From an uncultured Acidimicrobiia bacterium (GTDB lineage: Bacteria; Acidobacteriota; Terriglobia; Versatilivoradales; Versatilivoraceae), in NCBI GenBank assembly GCA_963786955.1, contig CAWBAT010000005.1, forward strand, positions 160,001 to 224,000: 64,000 bases of DNA. The letters are read 5' to 3'. Numbering within the stretch: position 1 is the stretch's first letter; every line of letters begins with the position of its first letter. The notes beneath the pieces were generated by a model. That model saw only the letters and a list, made by a program, of their open reading frames with translations, was not told where the DNA came from and searched no databases. A program made the position numbers and the translations under genes. Positions 11,448 to 21,669 of the stretch are shown here, piece after piece.

Positions 11448-11502
11448 GCGAATTAAGCCCCTATTTTCGACCCTTATTTCATCAATTTCGCTTATTTCGC
11501 AC
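11428..11502. promoter_or_regulatory. Inverted 9-bp iteron array, putative replication origin of the satellite
   Basis: Left GTGCGAAACAAGCGAATTAAGCGAATTAAG; right side (reverse complement) GTGCGAAATAAGCGAAATTGATGAAATAAG; located at the helicase 3' end. Confidence 0.6.
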
Positions 11503-11525
11503 CCTGAGAGTTGAGGTTAGAAGCA

Positions 11526-11783
11526 ATGAGTTACTTGGGAATCTTAAAGAAAGCTGAGGGGCAAGGGTACGGCCCCGGAAGGCCCTCCCCTGAGAACGCG
11601 AAGCGCGGCATCGAGGAAAGAAATGCAGAGGCTAGACTACTTCTTAATGAACTCGATCGGGCTTATAACATGGCGTTCTTTGAGCTCTGCATCCGCGGAA
11701 TTGCTGAAGATGAGGGCCGCAAGAGAGCAATGCAAGAGACAACATCGAGTGAGGTTTATAGAAGATGGAGAGCATTGAGATGA
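11526..11783 (+). CDS. Hypothetical protein of the satellite
   Basis: ORF beginning MSYLGILKK, in the same orientation between the origin and terS. Confidence 0.55.
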   Translation: MSYLGILKKAEGQGYGPGRPSPENAKRGIEERNAEARLLLNELDRAYNMAFFELCIRGIAEDEGRKRAMQETTSSEVYRRWRALR

Positions 11784-11831
11784 CAACCAATTCCATTACA
11801 ATAGACAACTTGTTTGTTATCAATTGGGTAC

Positions 11832-11910
11832 GGGAGGGGAGGGGAAAATCCCTGCCCAGGCCGAGTGAGACCATGCGCCGACCCTTTCCGTAGCTGAAAT
11901 TAGGTTTTTT
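11832..11910 (+). other. Putative cos-like packaging site
   Basis: GGGAGGGGAGGGGAAAATCCCT...AGACCATGCGCCGACCC...GAAATT immediately upstream of terS resembles the HK97-type cos context as I recall it. Confidence 0.45.
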
Positions 11911-11919
11911 TAATTAGAG

Positions 11920-12282
11920 GTGATTATGAATTACCGCAGAGCCCCCGGGCATTTGTCAAAAGAGTCAAAAAGTTGGTGGAAACTCATCTTCAATTCATAC
12001 GAGATGGATGAAAGCGGCTCATTCATTCTTAGACAGGCGTTGGAATGTTACGACCGCCTATTAGAGGCACGGCAAGACATTAAAAAAAACGGGCTGACGA
12101 TTTCTGACCCCGTGACAAAGCAACTAAGACAGAACCCGGCCCTGAAAACGGAGAAGGAAGCGAGGAGCGGCTTATTGCAGGCATGGCGGCTGATGAGAAT
12201 TGATATTGAACCCCCACGGCCCACGGCGGGCAGGCCTCCACAGGGGAAGAAAGGAGCGCGGTTCTTTCATGGCAACGATTAG
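11920..12282 (+). CDS. terS: Phage terminase small subunit (P27-like family)
   Basis: APGHLSKESKSWW, L...LECYDR...AR..IKKNGLT and NPA motifs. Confidence 0.85.
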   Translation: MIMNYRRAPGHLSKESKSWWKLIFNSYEMDESGSFILRQALECYDRLLEARQDIKKNGLTISDPVTKQLRQNPALKTEKEARSGLLQAWRLMRIDIEPPRPTAGRPPQGKKGARFFHGND

Positions 12283-12715
12283 ATACAAAACCCGCAAGAG
12301 GTTGTCAGGCTCAAATGAATTCACCCAGGCCAATCGAGAGCATTTGTTGAAGGGATTTCACTTCTTCGGAAAAAGTTATCCCGCAACACCCGAAGGCAAT
12401 AATGCTATGCGAGCCGATTGGTTTAGACATCGGGCTTCGCTCATGCGGGAGCACATTTCCAAAAAACCGGGAACAAGGCCCTGGGCTTGGTGGCTGTATG
12501 AGTCCAAAGAGCCCCGGCGGCTTTTGTCTGGGAAGGCCTGGGATTGCAGCGAAAAACTGTCTATGGGCAAGCCGAGCCTTTATGAAAGAGACGAGAATGA
12601 CCTGCCCCATTGGGAGTGGCAAAGCGAATATTTGAAGCGGCTGAATCTATTGACACCCGATGAACGCCGGGCCCTTTGGTTCGCAGATGAAGAGAAGCTG
12701 AAAAAGGGAATTTAG
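12269..12715 (+). CDS. Hypothetical Trp-rich protein
   Basis: ATG at 12269 with AAGGAG upstream; overlaps the terS end; PGTRPWAWW and ..EYLKRLNLL motifs. Confidence 0.65.
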   Translation: MATIRYKTRKRLSGSNEFTQANREHLLKGFHFFGKSYPATPEGNNAMRADWFRHRASLMREHISKKPGTRPWAWWLYESKEPRRLLSGKAWDCSEKLSMGKPSLYERDENDLPHWEWQSEYLKRLNLLTPDERRALWFADEEKLKKGI

Positions 12716-12980
12716 AGCTGAACCCGAAAGAGCTTAAAGAGCAAGAAGCTTTCAGAGAAACACTTTTCAGGGAGAATTCAGAAAAAGTTGTGCGGCTTCC
12801 CAGAGGGAGAACGGTGGGGGATTTATGAGCGATGAGAATTTTGCATTTTGGCTAGCACAAGAACATAATTGAAATCCTATTCGTCGCACAGCACTTGAAT
12901 CCGAATTCCAATAGAGAGTTTATTAAAATCGGCTGTCATGGTTTAGGCGTAAGGGTGGAAATAGAATCGATCCTGAATCC

Positions 12981-14207
12981 TTGCGTTTAAGGGGGAAGGC
13001 TATGGGATTTCTATCCAAATTGTTTGGCAAAACCACTAAAAAGGATGCACCAATAGAAGTTAACGTTTCAGGAGAATTTTCAGTAAATGTAGTCGGTGAA
13101 TCGCATTACCAGGAGCACCTTGAGAGAATTTGTGGCGGCCGTAGAGAAGAAGGATCAAGAATGACAATTGCAGCTCAATTAATATATGACAACAATAATC
13201 CATACGATAATAACGCTATAAGGATAGACATCCTTGGGAAGCCGGTGGGATTTCTTTGTAAAACAGATGCCGAGAATTATCGAACTTGTATGCTTTCTAA
13301 GGGATTTGATGGAAGGACTGCCACTTGCATGGCAAAAATATCTGGAGGATGGAAACGAGAAAGCGGAGATATCGGTGCCTTTGGAGTGGTTCTATATATA
13401 CGAGAGGAATTCTTTCAGATCGTTGCAGATAATATTCCTTCTTTACATCGCAATGACGGCACTGTTGATACGGCCGAAACAACTTTTTGGGTTGAAGATG
13501 CAGTGGTCTGGGAATTACCGGAATGTCGTCTAGGCGATTTCGTTAAATTTTGGATACCGAAAGATGATCCGGATCTGGTATTCATATATCGTCGGAGATC
13601 TGTTGGAGGCACTGGCAGAATTGGAGTTGTACCCTACAGACATGCTCGGGCCATTGCCGGTCATATGTCTGACGAGTCTGGGGAACGGGGGGAATGTGAA
13701 ACCGAAATAGTTTCGCTTGACAGCAATCACTGCAAGATCAGATATCGACTCATTTCAGAGACTGAGACAGCGGCCAATAAGGCTAAGAAATTAGAGTTAC
13801 TAAGAGCCGATAAGGCTAAGAAATTAGAGTTACTAAGAGCCGAGTTGACAAAGAAATATACACCAAGTAAACCATTTACGATTTTTATTGATCCCAAGGG
13901 TGCCAAAGCCCTGAAATCCGGCGAAAAACTTAAAATTGAATTTGATGAACTCGAATTCTATGTTCGCGATCAATATAAATGGCAATTCAGGCTAATCGAC
14001 AAAAAGGGGAGAACCATTAGCCCAAAGTGGGTTGCCGGTGGCAACATGAAGAAAATTTTGAAGGCACATTTCAATGAGTATTCTTTTGATGTCGAAGTCG
14101 TATCAGCTACCAAGAAGCTTAACGAGTACTGTTATAGTGATATTGAATTGCGTGTTACTCCTTATAAAGGTGAAATCCCCTCCCGGGGACAATCACCAGT
14201 AACGTAA
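12981..14207 (+). CDS. HIRAN-domain protein (satellite cargo)
   Basis: VVGESHYQ, NNPYDNNAIRI and VGFL; AT-richer than the core module; likely start MGFLSKLFG at ~13002. Confidence 0.75.
   Translation: MRLRGKAMGFLSKLFGKTTKKDAPIEVNVSGEFSVNVVGESHYQEHLERICGGRREEGSRMTIAAQLIYDNNNPYDNNAIRIDILGKPVGFLCKTDAENYRTCMLSKGFDGRTATCMAKISGGWKRESGDIGAFGVVLYIREEFFQIVADNIPSLHRNDGTVDTAETTFWVEDAVVWELPECRLGDFVKFWIPKDDPDLVFIYRRRSVGGTGRIGVVPYRHARAIAGHMSDESGERGECETEIVSLDSNHCKIRYRLISETETAANKAKKLELLRADKAKKLELLRAELTKKYTPSKPFTIFIDPKGAKALKSGEKLKIEFDELEFYVRDQYKWQFRLIDKKGRTISPKWVAGGNMKKILKAHFNEYSFDVEVVSATKKLNEYCYSDIELRVTPYKGEIPSRGQSPVT
13777..13842 (+). repeat. 33-bp perfect in-frame tandem duplication
   Basis: ATAAGGCTAAGAAATTAGAGTTACTAAGAGCCG x2, encoding KAKKLELLRA twice. 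Confidence 0.9.
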
Positions 14208-14375
14208 TTTGGGGCGGAGCGAGCGGGATTCAAATCTTTGCGCCCGCACCCTTCTTTAATTTTAAGAACATTGTTTTATTTATAGCCCGTGACCTATGAT
14301 ATTCTGCTTTAAGGTCAGTTCTTTTCAACTAAACAATTGTGTGTGGTCGGACTCCCATCCCCGAAAGGAGACTCT

Positions 14376-15227
14376 ATGCCGATTGTACCAACCAAAGTAT
14401 CCGAGAGACTCTCGGCTGGTATCAAACGTTTTCAACCCATTCTGGCTTCCGCCAAATCGCGGGACGTAAACGAATCAGACACTGTGATCATAGTGACCGA
14501 CATGATGGCAGACATTTTCGGCTATGACAAATATTCAGAAATTACCTCGGAATTCAGTATTCGTGGAACATTTTGCGATTTAGCAATTAAGCTGGATGGC
14601 TCCCTACAGTTTCTTATCGAAGTAAAGGCAATCGGGCTTGACCTTAAGGAATCCTATATCAAACAAGCTGTTGATTATTCTGCCAACCAAGGCTCTGAAT
14701 GGGTACTTCTCACCAACGGAGAAATATGGAGAGTTTTTAAGGTGAGCTTTTCGAAACCAATAGAACAAGAACTCGTCCTTCAATTCAACTTTGCCCAGTT
14801 GAATCCCAAAAAGGCAGATGATCTTGAACTTGTCTACCACATTACACGAGAAGGTTGGCTCAGATCAGCGCTTGGTGACTTCCATGCTCAAAAACAAGCT
14901 TTAAGCCGATTCTTTCTGGCCGCTATGGTAACTGGTGATGGTGTATTGGATGTCATTAGAAAAGAAATCCGCAAACTGTCTCCAGACGTCCGAATAAGCA
15001 ACGATCAAATCCGGACCGTTTTAATGCAGGAAGTCTTAAAGCGTGAAGTTGTCGAGGGAGAGAAAGCTGAAGAGGCAAAAAAGCGGGTCCAAAAGGTCGC
15101 AGGCAAGGTGGTCAAATCTAAGCAGCCAAAAACATCAGAATCCCTCGCCACAAGAGAAGAAAAGGAGACCGCCGGTAGCAACGCAATGGAACTTAAAGCA
15201 AAAGAAAACCAACAAAGACAAAATTGA
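14376..15227 (+). CDS. Type I restriction HsdR-N-like PD-(D/E)XK nuclease domain protein
   Basis: NESDT, FGYD, CDLAI...IEVKA, QAVDY and LTNG motifs; no neighbouring methyltransferase. Confidence 0.85.
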   Translation: MPIVPTKVSERLSAGIKRFQPILASAKSRDVNESDTVIIVTDMMADIFGYDKYSEITSEFSIRGTFCDLAIKLDGSLQFLIEVKAIGLDLKESYIKQAVDYSANQGSEWVLLTNGEIWRVFKVSFSKPIEQELVLQFNFAQLNPKKADDLELVYHITREGWLRSALGDFHAQKQALSRFFLAAMVTGDGVLDVIRKEIRKLSPDVRISNDQIRTVLMQEVLKREVVEGEKAEEAKKRVQKVAGKVVKSKQPKTSESLATREEKETAGSNAMELKAKENQQRQN

Positions 15228-15468
15228 TCTACCTCATTTGCTAGAAGTCCTCATCAGGAAAAGCCTTTCTTAGAACTCCCTTCCATGCCCAGCATGACAC
15301 CTTACCCCATTTTTTATTGTCACTACCCTCTGTCACTAGGCTCTGCTTGTCTTGAATTGACTGAAAATCACACTTTCTCATTTATGTCACTCAAAACAGT
15401 AACCATATATCTCTTCGTTTAACTCCAGTTAAGTTTGTGTAAGTTATTGATTATAAGTAAGATAGCAC

Positions 15469-15513
15469 CTCTTAATCAGTAGGTTCTGGGTTCGATTCCC
15501 GGGCGGCTCACCA
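15469..15513 (+). repeat. att site (duplicated 3' part of tRNA-Lys)
   Basis: Identical to 6649-6693. Confidence 0.95.
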
Positions 15514-15700
15514 ACAAACTTCCAATTTCTTCAGTTCCAGTTTTGGTGCTCGTTGCGCTTTGGTTCAGCACGTTAACTGCGGCTTTCATATACCCGGGTG
15601 AAATATGAGCAAATCGCATAGCCACCTTCATATCTTGTTGTCCGAGCAACCGGCAAACGTTGCATAGATCAACTCCAGCCATTACAAGTACGTGGAGATT
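15514..15700 (-). pseudogene. C-terminal remnant of a second tyrosine integrase
   Basis: LVMAGVDLCNVCRLLGQQDMKVAMRFAHISP matches the LLGH..MTMRYAHL box with the catalytic His and Tyr lost. Confidence 0.75.
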
Positions 15701-15859
15701 GTTAATCACTCGGGGCAACCGAGTGACTCGCACATTTTTCCCTTGAATAGTTTCATTTCTTTTACCGGATCTTGCTCAAGCTTCCTATTACGGCCAGCCC
15801 GATGAGGTGCATGAATTGCCGATCTTAATAAGATTGTCGTTCATTGCTTCAGAGACCAA

Positions 15860-16831
15860 TTGTTGCGATGGAAAGGCATTGAAGCCACCGAAAAACTTGC
15901 TTCCTCATCCAATGCCAATGTAGTTATTATTGGAGAAGGCGCGGAAGGAAAATCTTTGGACGAAACACTCAAACTCATGTGCGTTTTGGCGCACCCAGAT
16001 GATGAATCCCTGGGCATGGGGGGAACACTGGCCCGATATGCTGCCGAGGGAATCGGGACGTATCTCATTACGGCAACCCGAGGAGAACGCGGACGATTCG
16101 GCCTCAGAACCAGGAACCCGGGCTTGAAGGCAGTCGGTCGACTGCGCGAAGCAGAATTGCTCTCTGCCGCCCAGGAGTTGGGGATCCGTGAAGTCAGTTT
16201 CCTGGACTATGTTGACGGGGATCTGGACCAAGCCGAACCAAACGAGGCCGTGTCCAGAATTGTCTCTCACCTGCGTCGAGTCCGGCCCCAGGTCGTCGTT
16301 ACTTTTGGCCCGGAAGGGGCTTATGGCCACCCCGATCACATTGCCATCAGCCAGCTTACGACAGCGGCCACGCTGCGGGCTGCCGATCCAAGTTTCAAGA
16401 TTTCTCACACGAAAGGGAGGAGCGTCAGGCCTCATTGTGTGTCGAAGCTTTATTACATGGCCTGGACAAGGAAAAAATGGGACGCGTACCAGTCAGCTTT
16501 TCGCGATTTGAAGACGACAATAGATGGTACTGAGAGAAGGGCCAACCCTTGGCCTGACTGGGCCGTCACTACACACATTGACACGCTTCCCTATTGGACT
16601 ACCGTCTGGCGGGCTGTCCAGCAGCACCGGACTCAGCTAGCAATCTACAGTCGACTCGAGAGCCTGCCGGAGGAGCACCACAAAGCCCTTTGGGGGTCTC
16701 AAGAATACTATCGCGTTTTCAGCCTGGCCAATGGGGGTCGAAAGAAAGAGACCGATCTGTTTGAAGGGCTACGGCCGGCCACCGGCCACAATTCGTTCAA
16801 CGCCGAGACTGGCCGACAACGTCAAGCATGA
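15860..16831 (+). CDS. PIG-L/LmbE family deacetylase
   Basis: AHPDDE, TRGE and YGHPDH motifs; true start probably ~15957-15977. Confidence 0.92.
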   Translation: MLRWKGIEATEKLASSSNANVVIIGEGAEGKSLDETLKLMCVLAHPDDESLGMGGTLARYAAEGIGTYLITATRGERGRFGLRTRNPGLKAVGRLREAELLSAAQELGIREVSFLDYVDGDLDQAEPNEAVSRIVSHLRRVRPQVVVTFGPEGAYGHPDHIAISQLTTAATLRAADPSFKISHTKGRSVRPHCVSKLYYMAWTRKKWDAYQSAFRDLKTTIDGTERRANPWPDWAVTTHIDTLPYWTTVWRAVQQHRTQLAIYSRLESLPEEHHKALWGSQEYYRVFSLANGGRKKETDLFEGLRPATGHNSFNAETGRQRQA

Positions 16832-16858
16832 ACTTACCTAAACCTTGGAGGCGCACCG

Positions 16859-18400
16859 ATGATCATTCCCCCGCCAATCGAACTTAAGCAGGAACGCAAT
16901 TCCCCCATTGAGATTGCACCGGAGGAGTTCCGCCAACTAGGCTACAGTCTGGTTGATCAGATCGCTACTTTCTTGGCTACTCTCCGACAACACCCGGTAA
17001 CTCCGGGTGAAATGCCAGCCACGGTTCGTCACGCAATAGAGTCGGATAGACTGCTTCCAGACCAAGGGATGGATCCGGGAACCCTTCTCAAGGAGACCGC
17101 CGAACTCTTGTTTAAGCATTCCCTCTTCAACGGCCATCCCCGATTCTGGGGGTATGTAACCTCTTCCCCTGCCCCGATTGGCATCTTGGGAGATTTGCTG
17201 GCGTCCGCCGTCAACGCAAACGTTGGCGCGTGGAATCTTTCTCCAGCCGCCAGCGAGATTGAGGTCCAGACCGTTCGCTGGATTGCGGAGCTGATTGGAT
17301 ATCCCTCCCAGTGCGGCGGCCTATTGGTCAGTGGCGGCAATATGGCGAACTTCGTCTGCTTTCTGGCAGCACGCAACGTTAAAGCCCAGTGGGATGTTCG
17401 AAAGGTCGGTATTTCGGGACCGGGCGCCAGGCAGCTCCGTGTTTACGCCTCCAGTGAGACTCACACCTGGATTAACAAAGCCGTCGACCTGTTCGGATTG
17501 GGTGCCGATTCGATCCGGTGGATCCCCACCGACAAGCGACAGCGAGTCAATGCCACGGCCCTCCAACGACAATTGCGGGAGGATCAAGCGGCTGGGGATC
17601 TGCCTTTCCTGGTAGTGGCTTCGGCTGGCTCAGTGAGTACTGGAGCAATTGATCCTCTTTCGGAATTGGCTGCTATTTGCCAGGAGTGGGGTGTCTGGTT
17701 TCATGTGGACGGGGCCTATGGCGGCTTTGCCGCGTCGGTGCCAGAACTCTCGGTTGAATTCGATGGGCTGGGAAAGGCTGACTCCGTCGCGGTCGACCCG
17801 CACAAGTGGCTCTACGCACCCTTAGAAGCAGGGTGTGCATTGGTGCGAGACGCAGACGCGTTGCGCCGCGCATTCTCTTACCATCCGCCCTATTACCATT
17901 TTGCGGAGGAAGTTGTAAATTATTTCGATCTCGGGCCTCAGAACTCGCGGGGCTTTCGTGCTTTGAAGGTCTGGTTGGCTCTCCGCCAAGTGGGCCGGGC
18001 CGGCTACCAGCAAATGATCGGCGAGGATATTCAGCTAGCAAGAGATTTGCTTCGATACTTGGCGAACTATCCGGACCTTGAAGCCATGACACAAGGCCTT
18101 AGCATAACAACCTTCCGCTATGTACCCCTAGATCTCAAACCACACCTCGATTCCGCGTCGGTGTCGGCATACTTGAATACATTGAACCAAGAACTGCTCA
18201 CCCGGCTGGAAAAGAGCGGGGAAGCGTTTCTGTCCAATGCCTTGATCGAAGGAAAATTTGCGCTGCGGCTGTGCGTGGTAAACTTCCGTACTTCGCAGGA
18301 AGACATTAAGATTCTTCCTGGACTGATCAGTCGGCTAGGTCGGGAAGTCGATGCGCAACTCAGGCCAAGCGGGTTAGGCGCTGATTCCCTGCCGACCTAA
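16859..18400 (+). CDS. Group II PLP-dependent amino acid decarboxylase
   Basis: SGGNMAN, HVDGAYGG and DPHKW motifs. Confidence 0.93.
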   Translation: MIIPPPIELKQERNSPIEIAPEEFRQLGYSLVDQIATFLATLRQHPVTPGEMPATVRHAIESDRLLPDQGMDPGTLLKETAELLFKHSLFNGHPRFWGYVTSSPAPIGILGDLLASAVNANVGAWNLSPAASEIEVQTVRWIAELIGYPSQCGGLLVSGGNMANFVCFLAARNVKAQWDVRKVGISGPGARQLRVYASSETHTWINKAVDLFGLGADSIRWIPTDKRQRVNATALQRQLREDQAAGDLPFLVVASAGSVSTGAIDPLSELAAICQEWGVWFHVDGAYGGFAASVPELSVEFDGLGKADSVAVDPHKWLYAPLEAGCALVRDADALRRAFSYHPPYYHFAEEVVNYFDLGPQNSRGFRALKVWLALRQVGRAGYQQMIGEDIQLARDLLRYLANYPDLEAMTQGLSITTFRYVPLDLKPHLDSASVSAYLNTLNQELLTRLEKSGEAFLSNALIEGKFALRLCVVNFRTSQEDIKILPGLISRLGREVDAQLRPSGLGADSLPT

Positions 18401-18680
18401 ACCCGATTCCTGCCTCTTTGGGACCGTAGAGAACCATGCCGCACCGGCTAGTTGTTAAGGAGTTGTCCCTAGCGAGACCCCTGAAAAGAACGGATCCCAA
18501 GCGCCGACCCCGGGGCGTTTTCACCACCAATCTTCCGAATTCGCCAGTTCTAGTTATGTGCTTGTTGAGTTTTGGTTCATCACACTAACTGTGGCATTCA
18601 TATACCCTGGCCCAAGGCGAGCATCACGCAAAGTCATCTTAATATTTTGGGGTCCGGGCACCTGGCAAACACAATATAGG

Positions 18681-19133
18681 TCAATTGATAACATCAGACA
18701 TCATGCGCCGTTTTGAATATTGAGTGCTCATGGTCCAGGAGGTCGGATGCGGGTTACCTTTCTCACTCGTTCTATTGCCGTAAAACAGCTGTTGGCTTTC
18801 GATCGGGTTAGACAAGAACTCCTTGGCGCCAGCACGCATACATCGAAGAACTAAATCCATATCGGTCCTGTCTCCAGCCGCAAAGACATAACTGTGCTTA
18901 TAGAGCTCGATAGTTTTCTCAATCGTTTGAAACCCTTGTTCTTCAACAGGAGTGACATCGATGATAATGATGGCAGATTCCATATTCTTGATTTCGTTAA
19001 ATCTCCAACTGTCGAGTGCAGAATTGAAATCATTGAGCTCGGCTCTCACCTCGATGAGATCGGATCCCTCCAACAGCTTTCGGGTATTGTCTCGAAACTT
19101 CTCGTCCGGACTAATAATGATGGCAAACAGCAT
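18681..19133 (-). pseudogene. CpaE-like receiver domain, truncated
   Basis: LVLRCMRAGAKEFL..P is typical of the CpaE N-terminus; no ATPase domain follows. Confidence 0.55.
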
Positions 19134-19448
19134 CTAGCTCCCATTCCCTTCAAAAGCTCAATTATTCGGATTGGCCGTTCCACTGTCGGGGTTTACTTTA
19201 CTGCTTTCTTTGTCAGCTGCCCTTACTTTACCATCGAAATTCTGATCGTCCCAAAAAGCTTTCGGATGGAAGGAGAGGGTCATGTCTAAACATTAACAGA
19301 AGGGTTTTCCACTTGCACAAGGAATGGAACAAAAACTTCGGCCTTGTCAACGCCAAGCGGTGCGGACATATTACAATCCTTGACCTACTGCACAGAATCA
19401 CCTGCGCTGACGTTTTTGGGGTAGATGAGGATGTTAATGAGTGAGAGA

Positions 19449-19760
19449 TTAAGAACGCGGTGCCGGAGACGGCGCCTTGTCTTGGAGATGGTGATGCCGA
19501 AATATTTCCTCAATCTGCTCCAACGTGAACTTGTTCATTTGCACAATTTTGGTTTGAGGTCGAAGAGCAGGCGGCACAATCTGTAGCGCGTCCCTCTTAC
19601 TCTCTACTTCCACGAACATCCACGCACTATGCTGATTGTCCAAGCAGCCCCAGTCTGCATTGGTCAGGAAGTGGGAGCCACTTCTCAGAAAGACTTCAAC
19701 AACGCGGGCGCAAGCGATTACTTCAGCATCATGTGCCACTTCAATTAGGAATTTTGGCAT
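19449..19760 (-). CDS. Small conserved hypothetical protein
   Basis: GGAG RBS before MPKFLIEVAH; WGC...H.AW motif. Confidence 0.65.
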   Translation of the reverse strand: MPKFLIEVAHDAEVIACARVVEVFLRSGSHFLTNADWGCLDNQHSAWMFVEVESKRDALQIVPPALRPQTKIVQMNKFTLEQIEEIFRHHHLQDKAPSPAPRS

Positions 19761-20039
19761 GATACGCAGTCTCCTCTTAGTACTGATTGAATCTTCGCAA
19801 TGAAACTTCACGAATTACCTTCAATACTGCCAGAAGAGGCTAATCCACACAAGACTGATGAACGTCAGGCTCAAAACAAAAACACTCACAAAGAGATGGT
19901 CATTCAGTTCTTCTTTCATCGCTTCCTCCGCTCGAATGGCTCTGTTGTTTCGGCTGGTTGAAAGAGCGTCGACGGCGCGGGTTGAACCAACCCGAGGTTG
20001 CTTCCCGCGCCGTCACGCTCTCAAAGCATCTGAAGATCC

Positions 20040-20936
20040 CTACTGGCTCCTGCGCCGCCCGCCCAAGAACTGGGGAACGAGCATGGGAACCGACTTCCGG
20101 TAATTCGAATAGGCCCGGCCATGAATAGTCGTGAGGTCTTTCTCTTCTAGCTGGATCGCCACCAGGATGTACGCCGTTGTAGCCAGAGCGAATAGGAGGT
20201 GGGCAGCAGTCATCGTCGGCGTGAACCAGAATGCGCACAGCCAACCGACGTAAAGTGGATGCCGCACCCACTTGTAAGGCCCTGGCGTCACGAAACCGAG
20301 AGGCTGGTACTCCTTGCCCCTCGCAAACATCCAGACCTGCCGAAGCCCGAAGAGGTCGAAGTGGTTGATCAGGAACGTCGTGAGCAATACCAGCGACCAG
20401 CCAAAGACGTACATCCCCATCAGCAACCTGCTCCCGATCGGGTTCTGTATCGACCAAACCACACCTCCCATTGGCTGCCACTGCCAGAACATGAGAAGCA
20501 AGGCTAGACTGGAGAACAAAACGTACGTGCTCCGCTCAGCGGGCTCGGGAACCATTTGCGTCCACCACTGCTTGAAACCTGGCCGGGCCATTACCGAGTG
20601 CTGAACCGCGAACAGCGCGAGCAGCAGAGTATTCACCAGGAATGCCTGCCCGATAGGTCCGCGAGGCGCCGAGTCGATCGAGACAGGCACCAAGAGATTT
20701 CCAACCCATCCGAACGCATAGCAAAAGGTCGCGAAAAAAATAACGTAGCTAATCGCGCCGTAGAGCAAAATGCTCGCTCGCTTGGTGATGCTGGCAGTCT
20801 GTTCAAGGCCAGCAGCCGGGTTGCCGGATTTCATGACACGCCGCACGTCCGTTACTGATGCAACTCTAGAGCGCATTCCATTTGCAGGAAACTTGTCCTC
20901 ATTCGTGATGATCATTTGTTCAGTTGTCTCAAGCAT
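20040..20936 (-). CDS. mddA: Methanethiol S-methyltransferase MddA-like (ICMT/NnrU family)
   Basis: LFAVQHSVMARPGFK, ERSTYVL, FLINHFDLFGLRQV and VRHPLY; AAGGAG RBS before ATG 20936. Confidence 0.8.
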   Translation of the reverse strand: MLETTEQMIITNEDKFPANGMRSRVASVTDVRRVMKSGNPAAGLEQTASITKRASILLYGAISYVIFFATFCYAFGWVGNLLVPVSIDSAPRGPIGQAFLVNTLLLALFAVQHSVMARPGFKQWWTQMVPEPAERSTYVLFSSLALLLMFWQWQPMGGVVWSIQNPIGSRLLMGMYVFGWSLVLLTTFLINHFDLFGLRQVWMFARGKEYQPLGFVTPGPYKWVRHPLYVGWLCAFWFTPTMTAAHLLFALATTAYILVAIQLEEKDLTTIHGRAYSNYRKSVPMLVPQFLGGRRRSQ

Positions 20937-21113
20937 GTTGTCTTTTTCTCCTTGTCTGTTGATAGCTTGATTCACGAAGACCCGGTCAGCGTGGCGGCAA
21001 ACTTCCAACCAGAGTTCTGACTGTGCAATTGATTGTTGTGGGCCTGATTGGTCTGACTGGGTTCTTGTCATTGGATCTTTCCATTTCCTTGTTAACACGC
21101 GCACCACTCCTTT

Positions 21114-21130
21114 TGCAGGAGATCTGCCAA
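21114..21130 (-). promoter_or_regulatory. Putative sigma54 promoter for mddA
   Basis: Minus strand reads TTGGCAGATCTCCTGCA (GG-N10-GC). Confidence 0.6.
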
Positions 21131-21195
21131 ACCTTGGAGACTTTGAAAGGAAAGTTAAATCAGCGACTTAGCGGTCGCTCACGGTGTGGAGACCG

Positions 21196-21249
21196 TTGTG
21201 AGATTGAGCAAGTTGCGAGATCTCGCAAAAAAACTGTGAGATCCAACAA
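21196..21249. promoter_or_regulatory. Putative enhancer (UAS) sites
   Basis: Perfect palindrome TTGCGAGATCTCGCAA at 21213-21228, flanked by degenerate copies TTGTGAGATTGAGCAA and TGTGAGATCCAACAA. Confidence 0.55.
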
Positions 21250-21669
21250 CAAAGCTCGTCGCTGGACGCACTACGAGGAAAGAAAACCCTTCTCAATGTG
21301 GTGGGGCAGATCGGATTGTTAGCTTAGATCCGGGGTCAACGACCCCGGCCTGGGGTTTGGACATTTATGAAGCGGCCGGAGGCCGCTACCTCCTTCGATT
21401 GCCCCATCGCGGTATTGGATTCCAGCCCAGGGTGCCGCTCGCGGCAGGAGCCGCTGCGGCCGCCCTGGGTCAACGTTCTCACGAATTTCTACCCTCTCCC
21501 CCAACACCTTTTCCGTGTTTGGGAGAGAGAGCGAGGGTGGGGGGGGTAAAAGGTGTCGACATCGAAGACTCACGCTTCGTTCCAGACAAACACTGCAACA
21601 ACAACGAAACGCATGATTCAGGATTTGGCAACGAATACCCCCCACTCCCGTCCTCTCCCCCGAATCGCC

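Noticed and set aside
6719-12715. Complete prophage
   Set aside because: No large terminase, portal, capsid, tail or lysis genes lie between the att sites.
15469-15513. Second tRNA-Lys gene
   Set aside because: Only the 3' 45 nt are present, with no acceptor 5' strand or D-arm. It is an att duplication.
15805-15820. Sigma54 promoter upstream of the PIG-L gene (AGGTGCATGAATTGCC)
   Set aside because: GG-N10-GC spacing is present, but the -24 box deviates from TGGCAC, so it is too weak to call.
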